Part shown: positions 21,600 through 34,000 of the stretch, piece by piece
How positions within the stretch are numbered: position 1 is the stretch's first letter
Layout: every line of letters begins with the position of its first letter
NCBI GenBank assembly: GCA_004764695.1
Contig: SMSO01000025.1
Location: 992,001 to 1,056,000, forward strand
Direction of reading: 5' to 3'
DNA from: Schizochytrium sp. TIO01
Lineage: Eukaryota; Protista; Bigyra: Labyrinthulomycetes
DNA: 64,000 bases
Translations under genes and position numbers: made by a program
The notes under the pieces: generated by a model
What the model saw: the letters and a program-made list of their open reading frames with translations, nothing else
Database searches by the model: none
What the model was told of the DNA's origin: nothing

Positions 21600-22650
21600 T
21601 TGCAGAGCACAGTTAGAGCCTAACTATATATCTGTTAAATGCAACTTTGGACCTTTAGATTGCAAAATTGACTTTTATTCCAGCGTCAAGCGTCGCGCAG
21701 GAATCCCTGATCAGCTGAGTAGAGAAGGGGATTATAGTAAAGATTGAAGGTAGGCTTTGTAAACACCAATGTAAAAGGAATACTAATGGTGGATCTAGAG
21801 GCAATTTTTGATGCTATATCAAAACTGGGAAAAGTCAATCAGGTCACTGTTTATGCAACTGTCCCTTCTGGAGTCTTTGCAAAGGGGCTAAGAGAAATAT
21901 GTGTTTGAATCCATTATTTCGCCATGCCAAATAAAATTTGTGCATCCTCCATAATCGTCAATAACCACAGAATAGCGTGCACCAATTCTGCAAAAGTAAA
22001 GCCCAAAGTACTAAAAGACTCCACTTTAGATTTTTAACTAGCCTTCCACTATGCAAATATGCAAATATGCAAATATGCTGCACATTTGAACTTTTGCGGA
22101 TTAGAGGTACTGACTACAAAAAAAAAGCTTAGAAATCTTTTTCTTCCTTTCGGGGGTTTGTACTGAGAGTTGAGCTGATCGTACTGAAATATGACTAGTA
22201 AGGTGACGAAGAGGGCATCGGGTATTTCTTTGTAGGCATTGTTATATAGTGAGATAGCAATATTGTTTAATTTTGGAATTGCCAACACCAAAAGATACTG
22301 ATTAAGTGAGCTGAGTGAGATATTGATCTGAATAAAACTGGGCAAGGCTAGAAAACTTTCATCACCTTCTATATAGTTTAAATTTTAGAAAGATCATCAC
22401 TCTTTTAGACTCATACGGGGATGTCTAAGTTGTGTACTATTACTCCACAACCATTATTTTATTGTCTAGTAATTTTCCGTTTGGCAAATTCTTCCTCACT
22501 ATTTTGTACATACGAATATCGGATGTGTTGTCTCAACCATTCTTTTCGTTTTATATGATGAAGAGTGATCATGAGGTAAAATTAAAGGTCAATACTATAA
22601 AGAAGATATAATCCTTCAAAGAATTATTAACCTACATCGAAGCAGAACGC
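21600..22650 (-). pseudogene. Decayed LRR gene relic (typical-type)
   Basis: FFEGLYLLYSIDL, NLNYIEGDESFLALPSFIQINIS, PKLNNIAISLYNNAYKEIPDALF, NNGFKHI and FNLYYNPL, separated by stops and frameshifts. Confidence 0.45.
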
Positions 22651-25522
22651 GATTTTGCATCTTCGAGTTCTCCTTCAATTGCTCACGTGTGTTTCCATGT
22701 TATTTCATGCCTATCCATCGAAGTTATTCACAATTACAGGGATGCATAATGTTTATTCATTGGCCGAGTACCCATTCCAATTTATGTAATCATCTATGAA
22801 GTAAGATTGCCGTAGAATATGAATATAGTATTCGAAAGGATTTCCGGTTCATGGTCATAGCCTCACTACCGTATTACTTCCAAACTTTAACAATCGAACG
22901 AGACGCATATTAAGTTACAATGGACTCTTAAACTTTTGCAAACCAAATTTATATCCCTGTGACCTCTGCTAAAATCTAAAATTAATTAAAAAGCAAAAAA
23001 ATGATAACTTGAAGCAAGAGTAAGGCCCTTATTCTCCCAAAGTCGTTTCTTTGAGATATCTCTGATTAAATGCTTGATAAGACAAGGACCACTCTATGTT
23101 CTGAGTCGAGTGTCTATTGCTTCCCTACTGATCTTGCGTTATTGTTAGTTTCTCAAGCTCAAGGCAGAAGTACGTCTCATGCATAGCAAGAGCTATCCTA
23201 TGGACAAATGTATGGTAGCAACTGGTAGTATTAGAAATATCTGCTTACAGTTTTATTGTCAGGCTTGCGGAACATTCCAAGTAAGATTGTCGTACTTTCA
23301 CAGAAGACATTCTTGCCGTGGCGGGTTAGTACATCCTTCCCTTTCTGTTTGCAAAGTGCACGACATCTACGTAAAATCTACGAGTTGAACACCAAGGAGA
23401 TTAAAAGGCACTTTATTTTGAAGAGGGCGTAAGTTAACTAAAAGAACTCGTTGTTAAACTCTTTCCAATTTTGATTTGAGATAATTGAAGCACTCAAATG
23501 AAAACATTAGAAAAAAGCGCCACGCATATTCATATTTTCTGCTAAATGTAATGCTATACTTTATATTTGTGCTTTTTGCATCGGTAGCGATCATATGTGA
23601 AGCCACGAACACATGCACATGGATAGGCACTACCTACATATCGCAGAATTTTCCTCGCAATATTTAGTTGTATTCCCTATCGTTGTTTGGTGAATATCTT
23701 CACTGTGAAAAGAAAGTCCCAGTTTTGTAGACAAAGAAAAATCGCATGCATGCAAAGAGTCCATCAAAGTCTCGGCGTTTGGTTGTCTACTGCAATCAAT
23801 AAGTGTTCATTGACGCTTCTAAGTTTACCTGTCGAGCATTCCAAAGTTCTCGCATCATCTTCTCATCTCAACTCGGTGAAAGGTAGTAGCACGTTCCTGA
23901 GTAACACAGTCTAGGTTCGCACTAAATAGTACTAGGTCCTCAGCAAGCACGTCACTGCTATTAGACTACTTAGGTACCACCTAGGGTGTCTACCTAAGAA
24001 ACATGCCAAACATGAAAAGAGGCCTATTAAAACCGACTTATTAGAAGCATTGGTGCAGAGCACTCTGAACAGACAAGGCGCTGGGAGGATTTCTGATTCT
24101 CGAAGAACCTGTGTCCTGTGACTCCTATTGTTTGGGTTACTAGCGCCTACCTTACATTCAGACGCAGCCGTGTCGCAGCTGCAGCGCGGATAAATGAAGT
24201 CTGCAGCAATGGCCTCTTGGGTGCAGTTTGAGACGCAGCACCACCTTTTGAAGACCTAGCATGCACGAAGCTAGCCGAGTCTTCAAAACAAAAGATGCAT
24301 CCTTAGAGCATAAATGACTGCATGCGACACCTCTTCCAGAGCAAAGCACACATTCACTACCAGAGATGGAAAATTTGTTCTTCGAAGGAGGTCCGTAATA
24401 ATCATCAATTGGTGAAATATAAGGGGCAAAGGGAACGGAGGGCTACGAGGTGAGGCTGGAACGGGCGGCGCTTCAGAAGCAAGAAGGACAAGACGAAGAA
24501 CGAAGTAAAGAAAGACAAGAAGAACAGCGTGAAAAAAGAAAAGAAGGAGAATTATCCAGAAGACGCTCGAAGGGCAGGAGAAAAGCTTAATAGAACAAGG
24601 TGAGAAGAGGTGCGTGAAGTGAAGTGAAGTAAAGTACTTTCAATGAAGTCGTAGTGCCCTGGTAGTAAAACATTTTAATCCCATCTTCTTTATCTTTCAA
24701 AGCTTCTTTCGTTCTTTCTTTATTCCTCTCTCACAATATTGTTCCTAGTCATGGGATAGAATAGATAGTATTATTCCAAGGAACTCGCTCACTCACTCGG
24801 TGCTGAAGCGTGACAGGACTTCAAGTTCGACAGCACAGACTAAGCTAGCTTCAATGGGAGGCTTTAGTTCATGATTCTGGGCACGAAATCTTGCTTAATG
24901 TTGTGCAAAAATAAAAACGAGGACTGGCTAAAATAGTTTTCTTTCCTCTTCTTGCGGCATGCATCGCAGCGGAGCAGTCATCGCAGCAGAAGCATGGACA
25001 GACAACTGCAGCAACATATTAAAATCTGAAATGTAATGCATAGAATTTGCAGAGAGACCACATTGTATAATAAAGCCCGAGTCTCTTGCTTTTAATTTTC
25101 CTTTTTCTTTAAACTAAAAAAGAAATGCATGTAGAATATAGACAGTGTACAAATTGTTTCTCTGTTTTTTCTTTTCCTTCTTTGATTGCTACTCTACATA
25201 GACATAGCATACGACACAGAGGTAGTGAGTGCTTTTGACAGTGATGCTTTGCTCGCAGCTACACGTTACTACTAGTACTGCTAATCACTTTTTCTTTCTC
25301 TATATTAAAAAAAAGGTTTCTTGCCTTTTTTTCTCCTCTTTTTCTTAGTATTTCTTTCCATCTGTGTTGTTGGACAAGCAAGGGCTGCGGCGGCAGTGCC
25401 CCGAGAGCATATTATTGATTGATATAATTCGCGAAGGCAGCGCGACGGCGTTGTCCTCAGAGAAAGAAGAACGAAGCAGACGTTAGCCGAGGCTCGTAGC
25501 GCGGAATAGAGAATCAGACAAG

Positions 25523-26101
25523 ATGGAGCACGGCAGAGATCCTTGCCCTTATCGTATTCTCGATGATGTTGGAGGCGCCTTCGCGATTGGTGCCGGTGGT
25601 GGCTCAATATGGTTTGCGATCAAAGGTTTGCGGAACTCCCCTAAGGGCGAGCGCCTTTCAGGTATGATGACCTCGATCAAAACACGCGCTCCTGTCATGG
25701 GTGGTAGTTTCGCTGTTTGGGGTCTCCTCTTTGCCTCCTTTGACTGCACTCTCGCAGCCATCAGAAAACGTGAGGACCCGTACAACTCCATCTTTGCAGG
25801 TGCTGCCACTGGTGGTGTCCTCGCTGCTCGTATGGGCCCTCGTGCTATGGCTCAGCACGCCCTCATTGGTGGTGCTCTCCTCGCCGGTATTGAGGGTATG
25901 TCCATCTGGCTCACCCAGAAACTCTCAGAAACCACGCAAGCTGCTGCCGGTCCTGTGGAGCGCGCTGTGCCTCCCCCTGTTACTGCTACTCTCGGCGGAT
26001 CCGGCTACCTTGACACCAGTACTCTTGTGGACTCCACTGGCCAAACTGGTTTCAACATCAACGATGCCTCTGCAGACATTTACTCGAACCGCCATGATTA
26101 G
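25523..26101 (+). CDS. TIM17: Mitochondrial inner membrane translocase subunit Tim17
   Basis: N-terminal RDPCPYRILDDVGGAF, RNSPKGER, APVMGGSFAVWG, FDC...RKREDPYNSIFAGAATGG and LLAGIEG are canonical Tim17 blocks. ~50-aa C-terminal extension. Confidence 0.95.
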   Translation: MEHGRDPCPYRILDDVGGAFAIGAGGGSIWFAIKGLRNSPKGERLSGMMTSIKTRAPVMGGSFAVWGLLFASFDCTLAAIRKREDPYNSIFAGAATGGVLAARMGPRAMAQHALIGGALLAGIEGMSIWLTQKLSETTQAAAGPVERAVPPPVTATLGGSGYLDTSTLVDSTGQTGFNINDASADIYSNRHD

Positions 26102-26849
26102 ATCTGGTCTCATTATATCTTCATCTTCATCTTCATCATCAACAGCATCAACAGCATCAACACTATCATCATCATTATCACCAACAAACGATAACTATCA
26201 CAGCAGTAGCTGCTGCAGCAGCAGCAGTAGCAGCAGTAGCAGCACTAATAATAGCAGTTACAACAATTACGAAAAACGTTCATTCTTATATAGTAGTACT
26301 AGACGAAGACAATCACCGAAGGCGCTAAGCTTAAAGGCACGCATGCTTTGACCAAGACCCTCAGTCTCACGTCGGGCCCACCCTGCCATGTCCTGCCTAA
26401 CCTCTCATTCTAACCTTCCTCCATGTTGCTTCATACACTCTCCCTGTCCCTCAAACAAAAGAGCCCACATGCCTCATTGCTCCTGTTCTCCTCTCTTCTG
26501 CGCTAACCTCTAGGTTCAGCTATGTGAATACAGAGCGCCTGCTCTTTATTATTTTGTGAACACATGCCTATACGGCAGAGCTTATTGTGTGGGCAGCGGA
26601 GAGGGCTATGGAAATCATCGCGAAGACTGCGAAACATAACGATGATAGTGCCTCCACAACTCTTCCTCATTCCCTTCGTTCTGGTTGAATCCGGAGCCCG
26701 GTCCTTGTACTTTTTCGTGAATTTGGCTCAAGCAGATAACCTTTTTCAATTTTTCCCGTATTCATCAATTCTTGCTGTGCTACATCCCACCCTCTTCCCG
26801 CCTAATTTTTATCTGCTTGCATATCAATTTTATTTAGTGATAGAAACCT

Positions 26850-27420
26850 ACTACTTCAAGAAGGCTCGATGTAAGTGCTTTGCTGAACTCACGCAAACAC
26901 TACAAGCCTTGCTACTTAAGCTCAGTGCTTCAAGCTGCGATGGTTTATTTTCTCAATCGGTTTTCTTAGAAAATCTAGTTCTTTCAGTCTTGTATCAAAA
27001 GGGCACAGCGCAACAGATTCTTTACTTGCGCCATGGCATATTCTCGGCCGTACATAAACTTTTGCGATCTCAGTTTCTTTTGTAAAGTCATATCAAAGCA
27101 ATGCTGCTCCTTTAGTTCGAAGTCTGGAGTTCGCTCTGTCTGTGAATATAAGAGTAAAAATACATCGTTCAATTAATATGTATAAATTAAATATAAGCAG
27201 GCAAAGACCGCTTCTTAACGCTTATATAGAGGTTTATACCTTAGCAATAATCCAGTTCACTTGCCCATCGTCCTGAATAGAGAATGTTTTGAATCTTTAA
27301 TATAGTGGACGCTGCAAACATGCTACAGCTTGAGTTTCTTCTTAAGTTATGAGTTAGAACATAGGCGTATTTCATTGAGTATACGTTGTTGTCAGTGTTT
27401 TCGAAATAACCATCCACAAT
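26850..27420 (-). pseudogene. Possible decayed RI-like LRR relic
   Basis: ILNEIRLCSNS*, IVDGISKT and PSQLEALSLSSKACSVCVSSAKHLHRAFL in broken frames. Confidence 0.25.
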
Positions 27421-28464
27421 TGAAGTACGTAGTTGCGATTCTGCATCTTCACATTAAGAAAAAAGGTACTTAAATTTAGATCGAAACTAGCGACATTAAG
27501 AAGAGAAAAAAAATCTGGTTTATTAGCATTCGCAAAGAGAAGCACCTTCTTAAGGGCCTGCTTTCCTTTGTGTTGTTTTGAAACAAACTACTTTTCTTCA
27601 AGAGCGGAAGCAAAAGAACCTTGCAAGATGTGACTGTAAAAGGTTGGTTTCGTTCTTTCTGTCAAATTTAGTTCTTGAAATTGGAAAATTGAGCAGAAAG
27701 ATCTGCATTTTGAATAGGCTTAGGCCACTTGCTCGGGACAGGCTACGCATCATTATTATTATTATTCATAAAATGAGCATCAAGGAAACCTTTCTCTCAA
27801 GGATCTTAAAGTGACAATTATTGCAAAGGGGGTAAATTCAGAACCGGTTACTAGTGTTTTTCTTTTTTGTAATTACCTAAAAGTTTGTGTGTAAGCCATC
27901 ATGATCATCAGGCAGGTAGGCAAGAAGTCAGGCTAGCAAGCAACATTGCCTAAGTGCTATTTCTTCAGCCAATGTAAATAGACAGACAAGAATCAGTTTG
28001 CAAAATAAAAATCAATTGTCCACGGAAGCTAGTGAAGTGCTTGCTGCTACTAGAAGCACAAACTCACGTGAACAACACACATTTGGCACTGAGACTTGTT
28101 TGCTGATGGCTTGAAGCTGGTCACATGCTACTGCAGTAGCACATGCAGTATATCTTGTAGTTGGATGGAAGTATGATGCGAGATTAATTTGAAAGTAGAA
28201 GATAAGGATACGAAGGACGTAACGGAGCGCGAATGCAGACACTCATGCGATTACTTTCGTTTCTGATATTTTGCTAGTGACAGATGTCGCATACACGTGG
28301 AAAAGGTATCTATCCTTATCTCATCTTCTTTCTCCGTTCGACTGACTGTCCTCCGAAGACAGGTCAATAAACCTAACACATAAGCAGCAGTATTAGCAGC
28401 AACAACGAAAACAAGCAGACATCATCATAATCCATCAGAATATGCTCAATGGTAGTACCCTCGC

Positions 28465-30513
28465 TTAAGAGCTGTGCCACTCAAGCATTCCGGGGAGACC
28501 GCCGCCACGGTGAAGGTGGGAGACGGGAGGAGGGGGTGGCGGTGCCTGGTTCATCGAGCGGTTAGCCTGAAACTGCTGCTGGTACGAGAATTGGGCCGAT
28601 GCATCAGGCTTGTTTGAAAGAAAGTTCTGGCCATTTTGGTACTGGTGCTGCTGGTGCTGAGCATGAGACTGCTGCTGGAACTGCTGGTTGGAATAATGAA
28701 AGTAGTCGTCTTGGGAGTCAAAGCGACCGGAGGAAGAGCCACGCTGCTGTTGCTGGGCGTGCTGCATGGCAGCCTGACGGTCCTGAGGAAGGTTCATCAT
28801 ACGACGCTTCTTGTTGTTGCTATTGTTGTTGTTAGCAAGACCCTGCATCTGGAGTGCGATGTGCGAGGGGGTGGATGCGTTGCTCTGTGTGGCATCAGAG
28901 AGAGCGGCGGAGTCATTAGACAGGAGAGTGTTGAGTGCACCAGGGTTGAAGGTACGAGCTCCAGCCGGGTTGGCACTGGATTCGAGAGCTGCCATCGCAT
29001 CAAAGCGACGCTGCGTTGGTGATGATCCAGGGGACGCTCCCAAAAACTTTTGGGCGGAGTTGTTGCCAGACGAGTTTCCGTTGGCACTTCCATTTGCGCT
29101 GCCGTTGGCGTTGTTTCCATTGGCATTATGGTTGCTGCCACCTGTAAGTCCACTGATCATGTTGAACATAGGGGATGAGGTACTTCCAGACATGTACTGT
29201 GGCAAGATGGGCTTGAAGGGCTTCTGGTTGTAGCCGAAGGCATCGTCGCCACCCATGTTGTGCGCTGCATTGACGTCATTAATAGGTGCGGTGGAGTCGC
29301 TTGAGTTCTCGTGGGCATCAAAGCCAGGGATCGTCAGTCCTGACGGGTGGATGAGTCCAGCCGCGGCGTGTTGCAAGAAGTTGCGAGTTGCTGCCGGGTT
29401 GACGTTGTCGACAGGGGGTCTGAAGAGACGCTGGTTGCCATTGGCGACGTTAACAGAGCCGACACCACCGTGACCTCCCTGGCGCTGCATGCGCTTGGGT
29501 GCGTCCTCGGGGTTGAGAACGACAAAGTGGTCCACATGCGGGAGCTCGGGTTTGCAATCAGTGCACTCAACATATCCACACCTCGCGATGCCGTTCTGCA
29601 CGCACACGCGCTGGAAGATGAGGCACTTAGTGCATGTACCGGGGGACTCGCAGCTGCCTGCATGTTCCTCAAGCATCTGATCAGTTCCCTGTTTGCCACC
29701 AGGCTGTGCGGGGATTCTGCGGAACATAAGATGGTGGCGCACGGCCTCGAGGGATCGCTTGTTGTCAATCAGTTCGTTGTATCTGCGTGTAATTTCGTGC
29801 ATCCAAGACTTGGTGCCGTACATGCGTTCCTTACGTTGATGAAGGAACGAGTGGAAAAGGCCTTCATCCTCACGGATGAGCCTGAAGAGCTTGCGCTTCT
29901 CCTCATCAGAGAAACGGCCCTTGACGACCGCTACCTTGGCGTTATCTCCAAGTGTTGTATCGCGCTTTCGGGTGGAATCCTGTGTCACAATGACGGTGGT
30001 GCGTCCACTGGAGATGGCCTTGCGCTTCCAGTTCCTCTTCTTGCTGCCCTGGTCTCCGTTCTGTGCGTCCTGGGACCCTGCTGCTGACTGACCCTGCTGC
30101 TGGCCTCCGTAGGCCTTGTTCATCATGAGGTTACCTCCGTTGTTATTGCTGCCACTGCCGGAGCGCTTGCCGAGGTCACCGTTGGCCTTGGAGCTACGGT
30201 TTGGTTGTGAAGAGGCTGCGTTGCTGAGGCTTTGCTGAAAGGCAGAAAGGTCCATGCCACTGTTGGGGTGGCCCATGCCGGAGACGGCCTGTGGAAAGGG
30301 CGCCATGCCCTGCTGCAGCTGGAGCATGAGCGCCGCGTCGGGCTCGTGGTGGTGCTCGTTGCCGTGCTGACGGTTCATTCCTCTAAACGCGGCTGCTGCG
30401 GCTGCTGCTTGATTCTGGTTTGCGGCGGAGTTGGTGCTAGCGGTATTGGTGTCCACGAAGGAACCTCCAGCCACTTCGAGAGCGTCGAGACCAGTGTTAT
30501 CCAAACCTCCCAT
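28465..30513 (-). CDS. Putative transcription factor: Myb/SANT-like domain, Cys/His zinc-binding cluster, Q/N/G-rich low-complexity regions
   Basis: 682 aa from ATG 30513, with an in-frame TAG just upstream and GC3-rich codons. GRFSDEEKRKLFRLI...W...ITRRYNEL...RSLEAVRHH is Myb-like. Cys/His cluster HAGSCESPGTCTKC...CGYVECTDC. NLS-like KKRNWKRK. Confidence 0.8.
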   Translation of the reverse strand: MGGLDNTGLDALEVAGGSFVDTNTASTNSAANQNQAAAAAAAFRGMNRQHGNEHHHEPDAALMLQLQQGMAPFPQAVSGMGHPNSGMDLSAFQQSLSNAASSQPNRSSKANGDLGKRSGSGSNNNGGNLMMNKAYGGQQQGQSAAGSQDAQNGDQGSKKRNWKRKAISSGRTTVIVTQDSTRKRDTTLGDNAKVAVVKGRFSDEEKRKLFRLIREDEGLFHSFLHQRKERMYGTKSWMHEITRRYNELIDNKRSLEAVRHHLMFRRIPAQPGGKQGTDQMLEEHAGSCESPGTCTKCLIFQRVCVQNGIARCGYVECTDCKPELPHVDHFVVLNPEDAPKRMQRQGGHGGVGSVNVANGNQRLFRPPVDNVNPAATRNFLQHAAAGLIHPSGLTIPGFDAHENSSDSTAPINDVNAAHNMGGDDAFGYNQKPFKPILPQYMSGSTSSPMFNMISGLTGGSNHNANGNNANGSANGSANGNSSGNNSAQKFLGASPGSSPTQRRFDAMAALESSANPAGARTFNPGALNTLLSNDSAALSDATQSNASTPSHIALQMQGLANNNNSNNKKRRMMNLPQDRQAAMQHAQQQQRGSSSGRFDSQDDYFHYSNQQFQQQSHAQHQQHQYQNGQNFLSNKPDASAQFSYQQQFQANRSMNQAPPPPPPVSHLHRGGGLPGMLEWHSS

Positions 30514-30696
30514 CACACAGGGAACTACTTGCTAATCGCCAGAGGTTCTGGCGAGTTTGCTCTTTGCTGGAGAAGACAGGTGCTTTGTCGCGAGGAAAAG
30601 CACGCCTTCTGCGAGCACGCGGGGAACGAGAGAGCGGAAGTAGTACTAGCAGCGATAAAGATGAGGTGGACGAAACACGCCGCCGCAGAGTTCTAA

Positions 30697-30739
30697 GTTT
30701 GTTTGTTTGTTTGTTTGTTTGTTTGTTTGTTTGTTTGTT
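30697..30739 (+). repeat. (TTTG)n microsatellite
   Basis: Direct tandem run. Confidence 0.95.
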
Positions 30740-30801
30740 AGCTTTTGCTTCGACTCATGAGCGATTACCAGAGTCGATATATATTAACTAACCTTTTCTT
30801 T

Positions 30802-31068
30802 GAAAAGGAGGAAAGAAAAAGGAGGAAAGAAAAAGGAGGAAAGAAAAAGGAGGAAAGAAAAAGGAGGAAAGAAAAAGGAGGAAAGAAAAAGGAGGAAAGA
30901 AAAAGGAGGAAAGAAAAAGAAGAAAAGAAAAGAAGCAAAGAAAAGAAGAAAAGAAAAAGAAAAAGAAAAAGAAAGAAAAAGAAAGAAAAAGAAAGAAAAA
31001 GAAGAAAAAGAAAGAAAAAGAAGAAAAGAAGAAGAAAAGAAGAAAAGGCAAGAGAGAGAGAGGGGAGG
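30802..31068 (+). repeat. Polypurine tract with GAAAAAGGAGGAAA 14-mer tandem units decaying into (GAAAA)n
   Basis: About 265 bp of almost pure purine on the + strand. Confidence 0.9.
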
Positions 31069-34000
31069 GTATTATAACCGTAACACCAAGACAGGGAAGG
31101 CTCGTCGGGTCACTTTCGCTTTGGCTTTTATGCTCTACTTGCTGTCTTGGACTTTTTTTGCTGACTTCGATTATTTCGCTTAGTTTTTTCATATTGCCAT
31201 TTGTTTACTAGGAAAATAGATGGATAGATAGATATATAGATAGATGAATAATAAATGAATGAATAAAAAAGAAATAGTAATAGCTGCCACTATGACAGAA
31301 TCATTTCATTTAAAGAAGTGGATGCTAGCGCCTTCTCATATGCTAGTTTGTATTGTGGCTTGCTTGGTTTGGGGAAAAACACGAGTGGCCGAGGAATGAG
31401 ATCGATGGCTGGCTGGCCGATTTTGCGGTCGCTCGAGACAGTAAAGGGCCGAGATTGAAGCATAGCGAGGCTCGAAGGCTTGCGAATAAAGGGTCTCCGC
31501 CTCCATGCGCAGCTAGCTCGCTCTTCGCTTCTGGACGACCCAGAGGCGACTTGCAGCTAGCGTGAGGCGACGACGACGGCGACCACGGCTCGGAGAGAGA
31601 AGGAGAGAGAGAATGAAAGAATTGCCAAAAAAGAGAAACGTGAATAAAACACTTCGAAAGGCAATTTTTTTTAATTTGTTTTTCTTTAACTTTCTGTTGG
31701 CTCCGTTTTTTTTTTTTTTTTTTCTCGTTCTTTTCATTCTTTTTGCCTCGATGAAAAGTGAAGCAAAAGGAAAAGTAAAGCAAAAAAATGCAAATACATC
31801 CAAGAGTGAAAAAGAAGGAGAATTAAAAGTTCAAAAGTTTTATTATTACTGAAAAGGATTTGAACTTAGGAGAAACGAAGTCTTTCTTTCTTTTGCTGTT
31901 CGTCTTCTGTGGCTCCGGTTTCGTGGCTTATCAGGTGCGAGCACGAGTGCGCGTGCGGGAGGTTGACAGGCCTGTGAGGGATCTCGCTAGTTTGCTCTGG
32001 CCTAGTATGTCTGCCTGCTGCATGCATGCCTGGATTGATTGAATGATTGTTTGATTCGCCAGCTGTCGCTTTCACTTCTTTTCTTTTTCATTGTGGCTTC
32101 TCCTTTTTTCCATTATTTTTTTCGCCCTTTTCTTCACTGCCGAGGAGGAAGATTCGCACAGGCTCAGCGAGAAAAGTTTAAAGAAGCGAGGGGAAACTTA
32201 AAGAGGGAAACTTAAAAACAAATAGAAATTAAAAACAAAAGAAAACAGAGAAATTCTTTCAATATATCTGTGCTGACGATAGTGAAGTGTAGAGCCATTC
32301 TCTCCCTGGCTTTTCTATATTTAATGTTTTGATTTCAATAAGAACAATTGCCAGAAAGTCTCATTCTTCACGCATTCCTTTCTTTTAATGCTTTCCCATC
32401 TCTTTTTCTTTTCATTCGATGACAGATGTTGAGAAGATGAAGGAGCCTCTGCCTACCCTTGGTCATAAGTCCCTCGCCCCCTTCCAAATTCTCGGCGGCC
32501 TGCTTCCTTTTTCCGCATGCCACGTCTGTGGGCCCAACGTTTATGCATTTGGCTGGATACGGCGGCGGTAGCGGAGAGAGAGAGAGAGAGAGATGAGTGT
32601 GCTTGCAATCGATGAATGAGAAGAAACTTCAACATTCATACCTGAGTTATATATAGCTGCTAATCTATGCATCAGTTGGTATTTTCTTAGCTCAAGAGAG
32701 AAAAAAAGGTAATAATAGAAGAAGGGGTATAAAGAGAGCTATATCCTCATCTACTAGGCAGAAAAAACACGAGCTAGGCTATCAGGGTCCCTACTAACTA
32801 TGCAGATGACACCAACAGAAGTATATTAGTCTGATGAGTGCGTGGGATGTATGATTGATTGATTAAGTGAATGAATGAATAGCACATCAGGGGAACTATT
32901 GAGCGAGCTAGCCGAACGACTAAAGAAGCATCATCTCCCTTTGCGGCCGCTTGAAAGCTGTAGAACGAGTAGAAGTGCCTTTTCCATTCGAGAACAGTCA
33001 GATCAGTTTTACTCACACTCACCACGCCATACTAATGGACGAAAGAAAGAAAGCTAGCAATGCTTTTAAAGTACGGCCCGACAAACTTACCGAAGCGTGA
33101 GCGAACACACTCCCCACTGATGAGCAAGGGATAAAAGAATAAGGAAGTTACTTTGAAAGAATCAATATGGTACCTAGCAAGCGAAGTCTATTCTATTCAT
33201 TTATTTTCATTATTGGTTAATAAAGTACAATGCACCACAACTCTACAATTTAAATTTTAAACTTAAAGAAAACTGTTTAGTGTGATTTAGTTTAGCGGAA
33301 GTAACCCATGAGAAAATTTGAAAGGTTACAAATAGAAGTGTAAAGTATTCCTATATTACGATTGAATTAGTTTCATTTCGTTCGAGCTGTTCACTTCGCT
33401 CATTTCCTTTCCCTTTCCTTTCCTTCATGCTATTCGAAGTCAAAAGGCAATGGATGGTATACTCACTCGTACCCAGATACTAGCAAGGACTCATGTGATG
33501 TCCTTATTTTGCGCATCGAAGAAGCACATACATATCGCCGAAGCCACGAGCACTGCTTATAAAAGAGCTCAAGTTGAACTATGTAGATCAACAATCAGGT
33601 CTACACATACATACTCATCCATCGCGACTTGGGATCAGCATCACCATCAGAAGCGAGAGCAATGGGTGTGGCTCGCGTGCTCATTCGCACACTGACACTC
33701 GCTTGGTGCCCTTCAGTCAGCTTTTCCTGGAAAGTAGGCCTTTCAGAGGTACTTAGTAATGGTAAAAAAGAGGTTAAAAGTTAAACTTGAAGAATCAGAT
33801 GACAATTGAGGTTTTCTCGTGCAGATAGTGACAGCGACAGCGGCGGCAGCAGTAGAAAGAAGTATGTGCAGCAAAGGTAGAAGAACTTTCCGGCAGGCCG
33901 GAGGCCGAAAGGTAAGTCTCATCTGTCCCCGTGCAGTTGTGTAAATAGCTGAGCTGGTCTGCTGAGGTGCATTCATTCGCATGGCAATGAGAACACCTCT

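Noticed and set aside
25701-26351. 216-aa overlapping ORF
   Set aside because: Alternative frame of Tim17 running into (CAT)n/(CAG)n repeats of the 3' region.
26564-27085. 173-aa ORF
   Set aside because: F/L-rich, lacks the codon bias of neighbouring genes and has no recognisable domain; probably spurious.
28551-30791. Multiple ORFs overlapping the transcription factor, including the 246-aa ORF at 29347-30087
   Set aside because: Antisense or alternative-frame shadows of a GC3-rich gene.
30745-31852. K/E/R-rich and F/S-rich ORFs
   Set aside because: Translations of purine or pyrimidine simple repeats.
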